Origin: a virus
Virus record (IMG/VR): IMGVR_UViG_3300047673_000075
Location: 1-38,134 of that record
DNA: 38,134 bases
Reading direction: 5' to 3' (one strand)
In this document: in pieces, positions 16,107 to 23,013 of the stretch
How positions within the stretch are numbered: the first letter of the stretch is position 1
Layout of the letters: each line of letters begins with the position of its first letter
The notes under the pieces: generated by a model
Database searches by the model: none
The model's input: the letters and a program-made list of their open reading frames with translations, nothing else
Told to the model about the DNA's origin: nothing
Program-made: the position numbers and the translations under genes

Positions 16107-16694
16107 TTAGGCGTCGATGCGGGTGTCGTCTTGGGCGAGATCACTCGATTCGAAGGGGTCTCGCTCGTCGTCCTGTTCGTCGTCTTGGTCGAACAAATCA
16201 GGCACCTTGTCAGGAGGTGAGAGCGTGATGATCATTTCCTGCTGGAGACGCGTCGCGACCTTGCCGTGATCGATCTCGTCCTTCGGATGCGCGGTGATCT
16301 TGAAGCCGATGCCGACGCTCCCGCCTTCCTGCGCGACGAAGCGAACGTCTCTCAGACCGCACTCGGCAAGCAGAACGTCTTCTGAGCCGGTCGCGCCGAT
16401 GTGGATTCGAAGGAGATAACCGGCGTATTTGCGGTCCCATGCGAGATTGCGCATGAAGGGGAAGCGCAGTTCGGTGAGGTCTTCTTCGCCTTTCTCCGGC
16501 TCGAACAGTCCGGGCGCGGCTAGTGGCTTGCGATAGAGCATGGGGCGAAGCGCCGGGTCGAATTGGTCGAGCGTCCTGCTCGGCACGACGAGATACCAGC
16601 CGATGGACAAGGCCGGCACTCTATCTTTCCCATGCTTCTCGCTGACATTCGTGCAGGAGACGATCTTCGCGAGTTGGTCGTTGAGACTGAACAT
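16107..16694 (-). CDS. Hypothetical protein (195 aa) with strongly acidic C-terminal tail; candidate ssDNA-binding or recombination accessory protein
   Basis: It lies immediately downstream of recT and ends in DLFDQDDEQDDERDPFESSDLAQDD. The functional call is positional only. Confidence 0.45.
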   Translation of the reverse strand: MFSLNDQLAKIVSCTNVSEKHGKDRVPALSIGWYLVVPSRTLDQFDPALRPMLYRKPLAAPGLFEPEKGEEDLTELRFPFMRNLAWDRKYAGYLLRIHIGATGSEDVLLAECGLRDVRFVAQEGGSVGIGFKITAHPKDEIDHGKVATRLQQEMIITLSPPDKVPDLFDQDDEQDDERDPFESSDLAQDDTRIDA

Positions 16695-16721
16695 TCAGGG
16701 TTCTCCGGGGTGAGGAAGTGG

Positions 16722-17729
16722 TTACGCGCCGAGCAGCAACTCGCGGCGGTCTTCGAATGCCTGCGTGAGCTTCGCCAGTTCATTCGCCGGCAGATCGCGC
16801 GCGCTGTCCATCACCATCGCGAGCGTGTCGACGTCGTTCGCCTTCTGGATCTGGCCGAGCAGCGTGCTGTAGTCGACCGTCATGTCCTGCTGCTGCGCGC
16901 GCTGGTCGGTGATCTCGCCGGTGGAGCGGTCGATCTCTTCGCCATATCGCTGCTCGTCGTCGACCTCGGTGAAATTCCCATCGATGACCGCGTTGTTGTC
17001 TTGCGGCAGTCCCATCTCCGCGCGCTCGTCGATTCCGACAGCGGTCTGCATCTCGATCGATACCGGTAGGAACTTGAACAGGCGACGAACGACCGTCTTC
17101 AGTGCCATCGCTTGATAGTCAGTCTTCCACGGTCCATTGTTGCCGGCCTTGCTTCGCGAGCGGATGCCCTCGACCTCGGCGCGGCTCATCACGTCGAACT
17201 GAATGCCGCCGTCCTTCAGCTTTGCCACGGCGTAGACGAACTGGAGCTTTTCGCCCTTCGTGCGGTTCGGATTCGACCAGTCCGGCTCGTGCTCGATGTG
17301 AGGATCAAGACCGAGTCGACACTCGAAGCGATCGCCCTCGTAGACAGCGCGTGCATCGATGCTGACGATCTGACCGGAGCGGCGCGCCAAGTCGATCATG
17401 CCTCGATAGCCGATGATCAACTGGACGTCGCGGCCGTAGGGCAGGAGGTACGCATGTCCGAGCGCGTTGCCCGGTTCCAGCCCGAGCTGCGCGCACTGGA
17501 TGACCGCGCCGAAGAACGAAACCGGCGTGCATTCGGCCAGCTTCGGCACCTTGCGGATCTCGGTCGTCACGATGCGCGCAAGGCGCTCAGGCGTCATATG
17601 GCGCGGCAGAGCGGCTTTGATCTGCGCCTGCATGCTCGGGCTGGCGAGCAGCGCTGCGACCTTGTCGACGGGCGTCTTCGCGACGTTGCCGGATTTGATG
17701 TTGCTGATGCTGGTCTGAGTCACGTTCAT
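16722..17729 (-). CDS. recT: RecT-family single-strand annealing protein (335 aa)
   Basis: SFFGAVIQCAQLGLEPGNALGHAYLLPYG....IIGYRGMIDLARRSG is the RecT core. ATG 17729 overlaps the exonuclease stop (ATGA). Confidence 0.9.
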   Translation of the reverse strand: MNVTQTSISNIKSGNVAKTPVDKVAALLASPSMQAQIKAALPRHMTPERLARIVTTEIRKVPKLAECTPVSFFGAVIQCAQLGLEPGNALGHAYLLPYGRDVQLIIGYRGMIDLARRSGQIVSIDARAVYEGDRFECRLGLDPHIEHEPDWSNPNRTKGEKLQFVYAVAKLKDGGIQFDVMSRAEVEGIRSRSKAGNNGPWKTDYQAMALKTVVRRLFKFLPVSIEMQTAVGIDERAEMGLPQDNNAVIDGNFTEVDDEQRYGEEIDRSTGEITDQRAQQQDMTVDYSTLLGQIQKANDVDTLAMVMDSARDLPANELAKLTQAFEDRRELLLGA

Positions 17730-18559
17730 TCCTCGTTGTGTAGCGCCCATTCCGGGAGCCTGATCAAAGTGATGCCGTCCGAGTAACCGGGCCAGCGTTC
17801 GGTCTTCATGCATTCCGCGTAGGTGCGCAGATTGCGTTTGTAGTGCTGGCGGCCGGCTTCGAGGCTGTCTGGATCGAGCATCGTCGCGGAGGCCGCATAG
17901 GGGTACTCGGTGGAAACTGCGACGAAGATGAACGCCAGCACACGCCGTCCGCTCGCCTTCTCGTATCCGTCCGAGTACATGGCAGCCTGTTTTGCGTAGG
18001 CCTTGCGCGCGCACTGCCGGGCGAACTCGCGCGGGCTCGCGTCGGTGTAGGTTTTAACGTCGAGCAGGATGGCCGCGTCATCGCCTACAGGATGTGTCCA
18101 GTCCGGACGGCAGCGGCACTCGACGCCCGTCTCTTCATCGACCCAGAAGGCCGATAGTTCCGGCCATCCTTCGGCCAGCGCTTCGCGGATCTCGCCGAGC
18201 CGATTCACCGATGCCGCCTGCCGAATCGCGACCTCGTACTGGTCGTGCTGGATCGCAGTGCGGCCGGCGTGCGTCTCGACGAACTCCTTCCACGCCTTGG
18301 TGTTGCGGTTCAGCGTCGGCCCGACGACGTAGCGCTTCTCGAACTCTTCGGGCTCTAGGATCGCGCAGTGCGCCATATTCCCTTCGAGTTGCCCCTGCTT
18401 TTCCTTCGGCGCCGGCCGCAGCGGATCGCGGTGCCGCGCGTAGAAGATCGCAGGCGAAAGGTCGATCGAGTCGAGGCCCGACTTACTGACCGGCTCCATC
18501 GCGTGGTAAGCCTCGATGTCGAGGCCATGCACGATGCCGGGGATGAATTCGCGCTTCAT
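17726..18559 (-). CDS. PD-(D/E)XK exonuclease (RecE/exonuclease VIII-like, DUF3799-type), 277 aa
   Basis: YHAMEPVSKSGLDSIDLSPAIF...GNMAHCAILEPEEFEKRY and LLDVKT motifs. Paired with recT. Confidence 0.85.
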   Translation of the reverse strand: MKREFIPGIVHGLDIEAYHAMEPVSKSGLDSIDLSPAIFYARHRDPLRPAPKEKQGQLEGNMAHCAILEPEEFEKRYVVGPTLNRNTKAWKEFVETHAGRTAIQHDQYEVAIRQAASVNRLGEIREALAEGWPELSAFWVDEETGVECRCRPDWTHPVGDDAAILLDVKTYTDASPREFARQCARKAYAKQAAMYSDGYEKASGRRVLAFIFVAVSTEYPYAASATMLDPDSLEAGRQHYKRNLRTYAECMKTERWPGYSDGITLIRLPEWALHNEE

Positions 18560-18963
18560 GCCGCTGCCCCTTCAAACATCGCCCAAATCAGCGGGTCCTT
18601 GAACGGCCTGATGTGCTTCAAAAGCTCATCCCGCCGCTTGCGCTCGCGTGCATCGTCGATCGCCTCGATCTGCTCTTCGGAAAGGCGCATGTGACGCTTG
18701 TCGTCGATGTCATCGAAACCGTGATCAACAGTGCCGTCCTTGCTCGCGTCAGGATGATCGCCGACCGCCCAGATGCGCGTGTGCGTCTTGCTGCGCTCTT
18801 GAGAGAAGCTATGCACATAGGCGCGCTTCTCCGCTCGAAGCTGCTGAATCTGCCAGCCAACGGTCGACGGCAGCATGTTTAGCTTCTGCGCGAGGTGAGG
18901 AACCGAGATGGGCGCGTGCTTCTTCAGCATTTCGAAGATCAGTTCGCGTGTTTGAAGGCTCAT
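18556..18963 (-). CDS. Winged-helix-like DNA-binding protein (135 aa)
   Basis: ATG 18963 (ATGA coupling). RELIFEMLKKHAPISVPHLAQKLNMLPSTVGWQIQQLRAEKRAYV looks MarR/wHTH-like. Confidence 0.5.
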   Translation of the reverse strand: MSLQTRELIFEMLKKHAPISVPHLAQKLNMLPSTVGWQIQQLRAEKRAYVHSFSQERSKTHTRIWAVGDHPDASKDGTVDHGFDDIDDKRHMRLSEEQIEAIDDARERKRRDELLKHIRPFKDPLIWAMFEGAAA

Positions 18964-19142
18964 CGGATGCTCCCGCCTTTCTTCGTCAGTTCCGGCACGT
19001 AATGGCCGCTGTAGTTCGGCGAGAGCAGCCATTTGTCGCCGAGCATCTCCTTTGCACGAGCGAGGCGCTCTTCATGGCTGTCGACGTATTCGTAAAGCTG
19101 CCTGAGCATCGCCTTGCGTTGCTCGGTGTAGTGATCGAACAT
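18960..19142 (-). CDS. Hypothetical protein (60 aa)
   Basis: Internal ATG of track ORF 18960..19367. The upstream part of that ORF overlaps a better small ORF in another frame. Confidence 0.4.
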   Translation of the reverse strand: MFDHYTEQRKAMLRQLYEYVDSHEERLARAKEMLGDKWLLSPNYSGHYVPELTKKGGSIR

Positions 19143-19147
19143 GATGG

Positions 19148-19273
19148 TCAAGACCCCACAAAAGACATGAACACGGCAACGCTCGAAAGAACGCCAATGC
19201 CCGCAGCAACCACCCAAGCCGTGAAATCGTGGAAGGAGCGCAGATCCTGAAGCTGTGCGTCGGAGACGTTCAT
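19148..19273 (-). CDS. Small membrane protein (41 aa), absent from the ORF track
   Basis: MNVSDAQLQDLRSFHDFTAWVVAAGIGVLSSVAVFMSFVGS. ATG 19273 overlaps the upstream stop (ATGA). Confidence 0.35.
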   Translation of the reverse strand: MNVSDAQLQDLRSFHDFTAWVVAAGIGVLSSVAVFMSFVGS

Positions 19274-19662
19274 GCTTGCTCTCCGGTTGCTCTGCCGCGG
19301 GCTGCGCGCGTTCCGTAATCGTCTTGAACGTCCTGCTCACTTCGGCCCGTTGCTTTAGCAATGACATCGCGCATCCGGCCTAGGCGAATCTGGCCGCTCG
19401 GCATGTTGCGCCCGGGCCATTCGTGCCAGTAATCCGCGAGCCACGTGTATAGGCTTTCAAGCTGCTCAAGCAGTTCAGGCGCAGCGGCGATCAAGAGGGC
19501 GTCCGGCCCCGTGAATCCACCATTCGGGAATAACAGGTCAGGGTGCCCATCCCGTTGCACGCTTCCGGTGACAACCTCTTTCCCCGTCGTGTCACTGCCG
19601 ATCCTGCGATACGAGTTGCTCGTCCAGATCGACCACGGTCCCGGCGTGTGTTTCGTGTTCAT
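19270..19662 (-). CDS. Hypothetical protein (130 aa) with HTPGPW ... LIAAAPELLEQL motifs
   Basis: This motif pair is common in small phage early proteins of unknown function. Confidence 0.6.
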   Translation of the reverse strand: MNTKHTPGPWSIWTSNSYRRIGSDTTGKEVVTGSVQRDGHPDLLFPNGGFTGPDALLIAAAPELLEQLESLYTWLADYWHEWPGRNMPSGQIRLGRMRDVIAKATGRSEQDVQDDYGTRAARGRATGEQA

Positions 19663-19826
19663 CGCACAGCCTCCTTCCCGATTTCCCTGTTGATCTGCGA
19701 AAGCCGGAACTGAACCACCGCAGCGGTCAATTCCATCTCTTCGCGAGGGAGGTTTGTCGTCAGCGCTCTGAGAGCCATCGAGAGCGCCTCGCCGATGGCG
19801 TTGAGGAATTGGTTCTCTAGGCTCAT
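19659..19826 (-). CDS. Hypothetical protein (55 aa), absent from the ORF track
   Basis: MSLENQFLNAIGEALSMALRALTTNLPREEMELTAAVVQFRLSQINREIGKEAVR. ATGA overlap at 19659..19662. Confidence 0.4.
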   Translation of the reverse strand: MSLENQFLNAIGEALSMALRALTTNLPREEMELTAAVVQFRLSQINREIGKEAVR

Positions 19827-19828
19827 CC

Positions 19829-20125
19829 TCAACCCCGCTTATTCAGTTCAAACGAAGCCCGACGCTTCGCGATCTTCTCGACGGCGTCGGTGAACAGGTT
19901 TTCGAGCTGATACGCGAAGTGGCGTCGATCGGTTTCGAGCGTGCTCATCACATACGCCTTCTTCCTCGAGTCGAGATCGGCCAGTTCTTCGATCACGTCA
20001 TCGAAGGTCACTTCCTTCGCGGCCGCTTCCTTCGCATCTTCGAACGCGAGCTCGTCGCGCTCTTTCTTGGCCAGTGCCAGATCGGTCATGAAGTCGTACA
20101 GGCGGGAGGTTTGGGTGAGGTTCAT
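19829..20125 (-). CDS. Hypothetical acidic protein (98 aa)
   Basis: ORF in the operon with coding-like composition. Confidence 0.55.
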   Translation of the reverse strand: MNLTQTSRLYDFMTDLALAKKERDELAFEDAKEAAAKEVTFDDVIEELADLDSRKKAYVMSTLETDRRHFAYQLENLFTDAVEKIAKRRASFELNKRG

Positions 20126-20129
20126 GGTT

Positions 20130-20261
20130 TCAGCACCACACGATCAGGTCATAGGGAACGGTATGAACGCCGTCAGTCGGCAACCGACGCCCGGATGACG
20201 TCACGTATTCGCGCCAGTAGAGATATGCGTAGCGAAGGACGCAGCCCGTGGTTTTGTACAT
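20130..20261 (-). CDS. Hypothetical small protein (43 aa), absent from the ORF track
   Basis: ATG 20261 preceded by GGAGA. MYKTTGCVLRYAYLYWREYVTSSGRRLPTDGVHTVPYDLIVWC. Confidence 0.35.
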   Translation of the reverse strand: MYKTTGCVLRYAYLYWREYVTSSGRRLPTDGVHTVPYDLIVWC

Positions 20262-20276
20262 GTTGGTCTCCTGCGC

Positions 20277-20597
20277 TCAGATGGCGAGTTCGATTTCGGC
20301 CTTCACTTGTTCTTCCGTATCGCCTGCCCGAACGCGCCACGCAGCAACGTTCAGATTGACGAGACGCCATTTCGATGACTCATTCACCGTCGTGCCAACC
20401 TTCGGCTTCAGCGTCACGATGTTCAGCATCTGTAGCTTGCAAACCGCCTCGCGAAGTGCAGGACGGCTCACGTTGAGTTGCTTCGCCAGAACGTCTTGCG
20501 ACGGCAGCTTGACGAGGTCAGTCGCGATGATCAGATCGACGATGCGTTCGAGCGTGTGATCGACGACGGATTGGGTGTGCATAAAGGTGTGTTTCAT
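20277..20597 (-). CDS. Short GntR-like winged-HTH protein (106 aa), first gene of the early-left operon
   Basis: LPSQDVLAKQLNVSRPALREAVCKLQMLNIV matches the GntR N-terminal HTH consensus. ATG 20597 is preceded by GGAGAG. Confidence 0.6.
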   Translation of the reverse strand: MKHTFMHTQSVVDHTLERIVDLIIATDLVKLPSQDVLAKQLNVSRPALREAVCKLQMLNIVTLKPKVGTTVNESSKWRLVNLNVAAWRVRAGDTEEQVKAEIELAI

Positions 20598-20787
20598 GGT
20601 CTCTCCGTGTGCTTTAGCGGTGGGTCGTTCACACACGGCCCACTGGTAAAGCTCTTCCCCTCTGTCGCCTCGCCACCTGGGGTTTCAGTGGGTCTACGGG
20701 TCGGCACGATTGCAGCTCGGGCTAGGCATTCCCACCTCACGCTGGTGGGCTACTCGATGCGCTGGTGTTCGTTCCAGCCATGAGGTA

Positions 20788-20816
20788 ATACTACACAGAA
20801 CGTTGGTTAAAGACAA
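20788..20816 (-). promoter_or_regulatory. Early-left promoter (PL-like): -35 TTGTCT, 17-nt spacer, -10 TAGTAT
   Basis: Read on the minus strand as TTGTCT-ttaaccaacgttctgtg-TAGTAT. It shares extended blocks with the PR-like promoter. Confidence 0.55.
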
Positions 20817-20890
20817 ACAGAATGTGAGTCGAGCGCGCGTGATTTTTTTAATCGGATCGATATACCCGATAGCTTCGTTTCGTGTGGACG

Positions 20891-20914
20891 AAAAAAATCC
20901 CGCCGAAGCGGGAT
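20891..20914 (-). terminator. Intrinsic terminator ending the repressor-lipoprotein operon
   Basis: Minus strand ATCCCGC-ttcg-GCGGGAT followed by TTTTTT, 18 nt after the lipoprotein stop. Confidence 0.75.
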
Positions 20915-20931
20915 CTAGGGAGAGGCGGGGA

Positions 20932-21246
20932 TCAGTAGCTGGTGCAGTTCGTCGTCGATCCGGACGAGTAGCAATGAGTCTGAATTGGCGGTGGCGCCGG
21001 TGGAAGGGGGCGCACGTCTGGCACGGGCCCAGCCGGCACCATAACCGCCTGCAGGAAACTTGATTTCACGCCATAGACGCATTTATTGAAGTCTGGCGTA
21101 CCGGGCTGATAGCCGGATTTGGCACAGCGCGACTGAGCAGCCGCATCGAGCTGCTTCATGTCTTCGCTCGCGTCAGGGATAGGAACCTGATGCACGCACG
21201 CGGCAAGAGCGGCGCATCCGACGAGTGCCAGGAGCTTATTTTTCAT
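20932..21246 (-). CDS. Small Cys-rich lipoprotein (104 aa), co-oriented with the repressor
   Basis: MKNKLLALVGCAALAAC has lipobox candidates LVGC and LAAC. There is a Pro-rich C-terminal half. Confidence 0.75.
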   Translation of the reverse strand: MKNKLLALVGCAALAACVHQVPIPDASEDMKQLDAAAQSRCAKSGYQPGTPDFNKCVYGVKSSFLQAVMVPAGPVPDVRPLPPAPPPIQTHCYSSGSTTNCTSY

Positions 21247-21248
21247 GG

Positions 21249-21440
21249 TCAGTGTTTCCCCTTTTGGCCGGCGATCGTGCGCGCGGCCATCAGCAGATAG
21301 TAAGAGACCTTGGTTAGAACTTCGTCCTCCGTGCGCTCGCCGGTTTCCTCGGCCGCCGTCGCACGATTGGTCTTCGCCTTCCTATATTCGTTGAGGTCAA
21401 TTACTCGACGATCTTTTTTGGCGGTGTGTGGCTGCATCAT
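21249..21440 (-). CDS. Hypothetical protein (63 aa) in the immunity operon
   Basis: ORF between the repressor and the lipoprotein. Its start overlaps the repressor 3' end by 44 nt. Confidence 0.5.
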   Translation of the reverse strand: MMQPHTAKKDRRVIDLNEYRKAKTNRATAAEETGERTEDEVLTKVSYYLLMAARTIAGQKGKH

Positions 21441-21933
21441 GGGTTCCTGTGGCTTCTGCGAGGGCCGTTAGCAAATCATCGATTTCCTCAGTCATTTGCC
21501 CTCTGTCCATATATTGCACGCCCCATCCTTCTGCTGCAATTTCCATCGTCGAAAGCTGGTTTGCGAACAGTTTCCTCGCCTGTTCCCCGAAGCCGTCCAG
21601 ACGGGTGACACATAAGATCAGCGCCTGCGCTTCATGGGAAAGATGCCTTTTCTGGACTCTTTTCAGAGTTTCGTTCGGGCCATTTCCCAACAGTTGGTCG
21701 ACTGGCATATCGAATATCTGCTGCAGTTCCCACGCCCGAGAGGCCGGCGCACCGCCGCGCTGCTTCCAATTCGTGACCACGTTCGTGTGCACGCCAAGCT
21801 GACGCGCAAGCCAAGCCTGATCCCGCTCTAGGCGGTCCAGATTCGCCTGGATAACAGGCCATGTGATTTTGGTTTTCATGCGCGCCACGCTATCAACACG
21901 GTCTGTTTGACTCAACTCTTTTTCTGTTTGCAT
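21397..21933 (-). CDS. Phage repressor (CI-functional analogue), HTH N-terminal domain, with no recognisable S24 peptidase domain
   Basis: It is divergent from the Cro-like gene. HTH LARQLGVHTNVVTNWKQRGGAP. The start is uncertain: ATG 21933 overlaps the PR -35, and ATG 21879 is an alternative. Confidence 0.65.
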   Translation of the reverse strand: MQTEKELSQTDRVDSVARMKTKITWPVIQANLDRLERDQAWLARQLGVHTNVVTNWKQRGGAPASRAWELQQIFDMPVDQLLGNGPNETLKRVQKRHLSHEAQALILCVTRLDGFGEQARKLFANQLSTMEIAAEGWGVQYMDRGQMTEEIDDLLTALAEATGTHDAATHRQKRSSSN

Positions 21934-21956
21934 TCAACACTCATTTTGTGTAGTAT
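21928..21956 (+). promoter_or_regulatory. Early-right promoter (PR-like): -35 TTGCAT, 17-nt spacer, -10 TAGTAT
   Basis: TTGCAT-tcaacactcattttgtg-TAGTAT, 34 nt upstream of the Cro-like ATG. Confidence 0.6.
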
Positions 21957-21989
21957 GGGTCTGTCATCCACGCAACTCTGAGAGCAGAC

Positions 21990-22208
21990 ATGAAAGGACT
22001 TGCCAAAGCCGTAGAGCTCGCCGGTGGAACCGCTGCGCTGGCCCGAAAGATCGATGTTCATCCGAACCTCGTGACCAACTGGAAATCGCGCGGCGTTCCG
22101 CCTGAGCACTGCCCGAAGATCGAAAAAGCCCTCAACGGCGCTGTTCGCTGCGAAGAGCTCAACGACACGGTCGATTGGGCCTACGTCCGCGGCACTGTCG
22201 CCGCCTGA
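21990..22208 (+). CDS. Cro-like (YdaS/Cro family) HTH regulator, 72 aa
   Basis: LARKIDVHPNLVTNWKSRGVPPEHCPKIE. First gene rightward from the divergent promoter region. Confidence 0.75.
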   Translation: MKGLAKAVELAGGTAALARKIDVHPNLVTNWKSRGVPPEHCPKIEKALNGAVRCEELNDTVDWAYVRGTVAA

Positions 22209-22244
22209 TCCCAATACAAACCCAACAAAAACCGGGGTAGTGAC

Positions 22245-22472
22245 ATGGCTCGACGAGCTGAGTACCGCAACGAAGTGAAGACCCGACTACGCGATGAGGT
22301 CTACACGCGCCTTCAGGACTTCAAGCAACTCCACTTCATCGACAGCGATTCGGCTGCGCTCGCGCGTCTTGCCGAAATGCTGTTGTGTGGAATTGTCCCG
22401 GCTCAGCGCGTAGCGGTCAGTGACGACTCTGGCAATCGGTCCCCAAGTGGGACGTTCAGGGACGCTGCATGA
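22245..22472 (+). CDS. Ribbon-helix-helix-like small protein (75 aa) in the cII position
   Basis: VKTRLRDEVYTRLQDFKQLHFIDSDSAALARLAEMLL fits a strand-helix-helix pattern. Confidence 0.45.
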   Translation: MARRAEYRNEVKTRLRDEVYTRLQDFKQLHFIDSDSAALARLAEMLLCGIVPAQRVAVSDDSGNRSPSGTFRDAA

Positions 22473-22666
22473 ATGCCAAAAACAAGAACTACACGATCGA
22501 AGTCACCGAGGAAGAAGCAGAAAGACTCGATCAGGCCGCTAAGACGCAAGGTGTTTCCACCCCCGACTACCTGCTTTATTGGATTCGACACCTCTGTTTC
22601 GGCATGAATTACGCCGTCAGAAGGCTGGCCGAAACGGGACAAGTTGGGAAACGTGAGAAGGAGTGA
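22469..22666 (+). CDS. Ribbon-helix-helix-like small protein (65 aa)
   Basis: YTIEVTEEEAERLDQAAKTQGVSTPDYLLYWIRHL. ATGA coupling to the upstream ORF. Confidence 0.45.
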   Translation: MNAKNKNYTIEVTEEEAERLDQAAKTQGVSTPDYLLYWIRHLCFGMNYAVRRLAETGQVGKREKE

Positions 22667-22668
22667 TC

Positions 22669-23010
22669 ATGGCTGTTAAACGCTTGACCCTGACCAAAGA
22701 GCAGCCTCCGCGCGATTGCGCGCGTTGCTCAAATCCGCTTCCTCTGCTGCGCCATTACAAACAGGTAATTTGCACGCCTTGCGCGGAAGAGCGCGGCCGC
22801 GCGAAGACTGGATGGGAAGCCGGGCGCATGGTCGGCCTCGCAGTTCGTCTCGGATATCTGAAGCCCATCTCGGAATGCTCATGCGTCGATTGCGGCGCAC
22901 CTGCCACCGATTACGACCACCGCGACTACAACAAGCCGCTGGAAGTTGAGCCTGTTTGCCGCTCCTGCAATTTCAAGCGTGGCCCAGCGATTCTGAAGCG
23001 TGAGGAGTAA
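22669..23010 (+). CDS. Zinc-binding / HNH-like protein (113 aa)
   Basis: AAGGAG lies 5 nt upstream of ATG 22669. CxxC pairs (CARCSN, CTPCAE, CVDCG, CRSCN) and DYDHRDYNKPLEVEPVCRSCNFKRG. Confidence 0.55.
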   Translation: MAVKRLTLTKEQPPRDCARCSNPLPLLRHYKQVICTPCAEERGRAKTGWEAGRMVGLAVRLGYLKPISECSCVDCGAPATDYDHRDYNKPLEVEPVCRSCNFKRGPAILKREE

Positions 23011-23013
23011 GCG

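Noticed and set aside
20761-20785. tRNA-like T-arm (GCTGG-tgttcgtt-CCAGC followed by CA) suggesting a tRNA or tRNA fragment
   Set aside because: The loop is 8 nt, not 7. There is no complementary acceptor 5' strand, D-arm or anticodon arm in the preceding ~75 nt. The region is better explained as the PL start and leader.
20710-21063. 117-aa + strand ORF spanning the PL promoter, the terminator and the lipoprotein gene
   Set aside because: It crosses a promoter and a strong terminator hairpin and runs antisense to a convincing lipoprotein gene. Its composition is non-coding-like.
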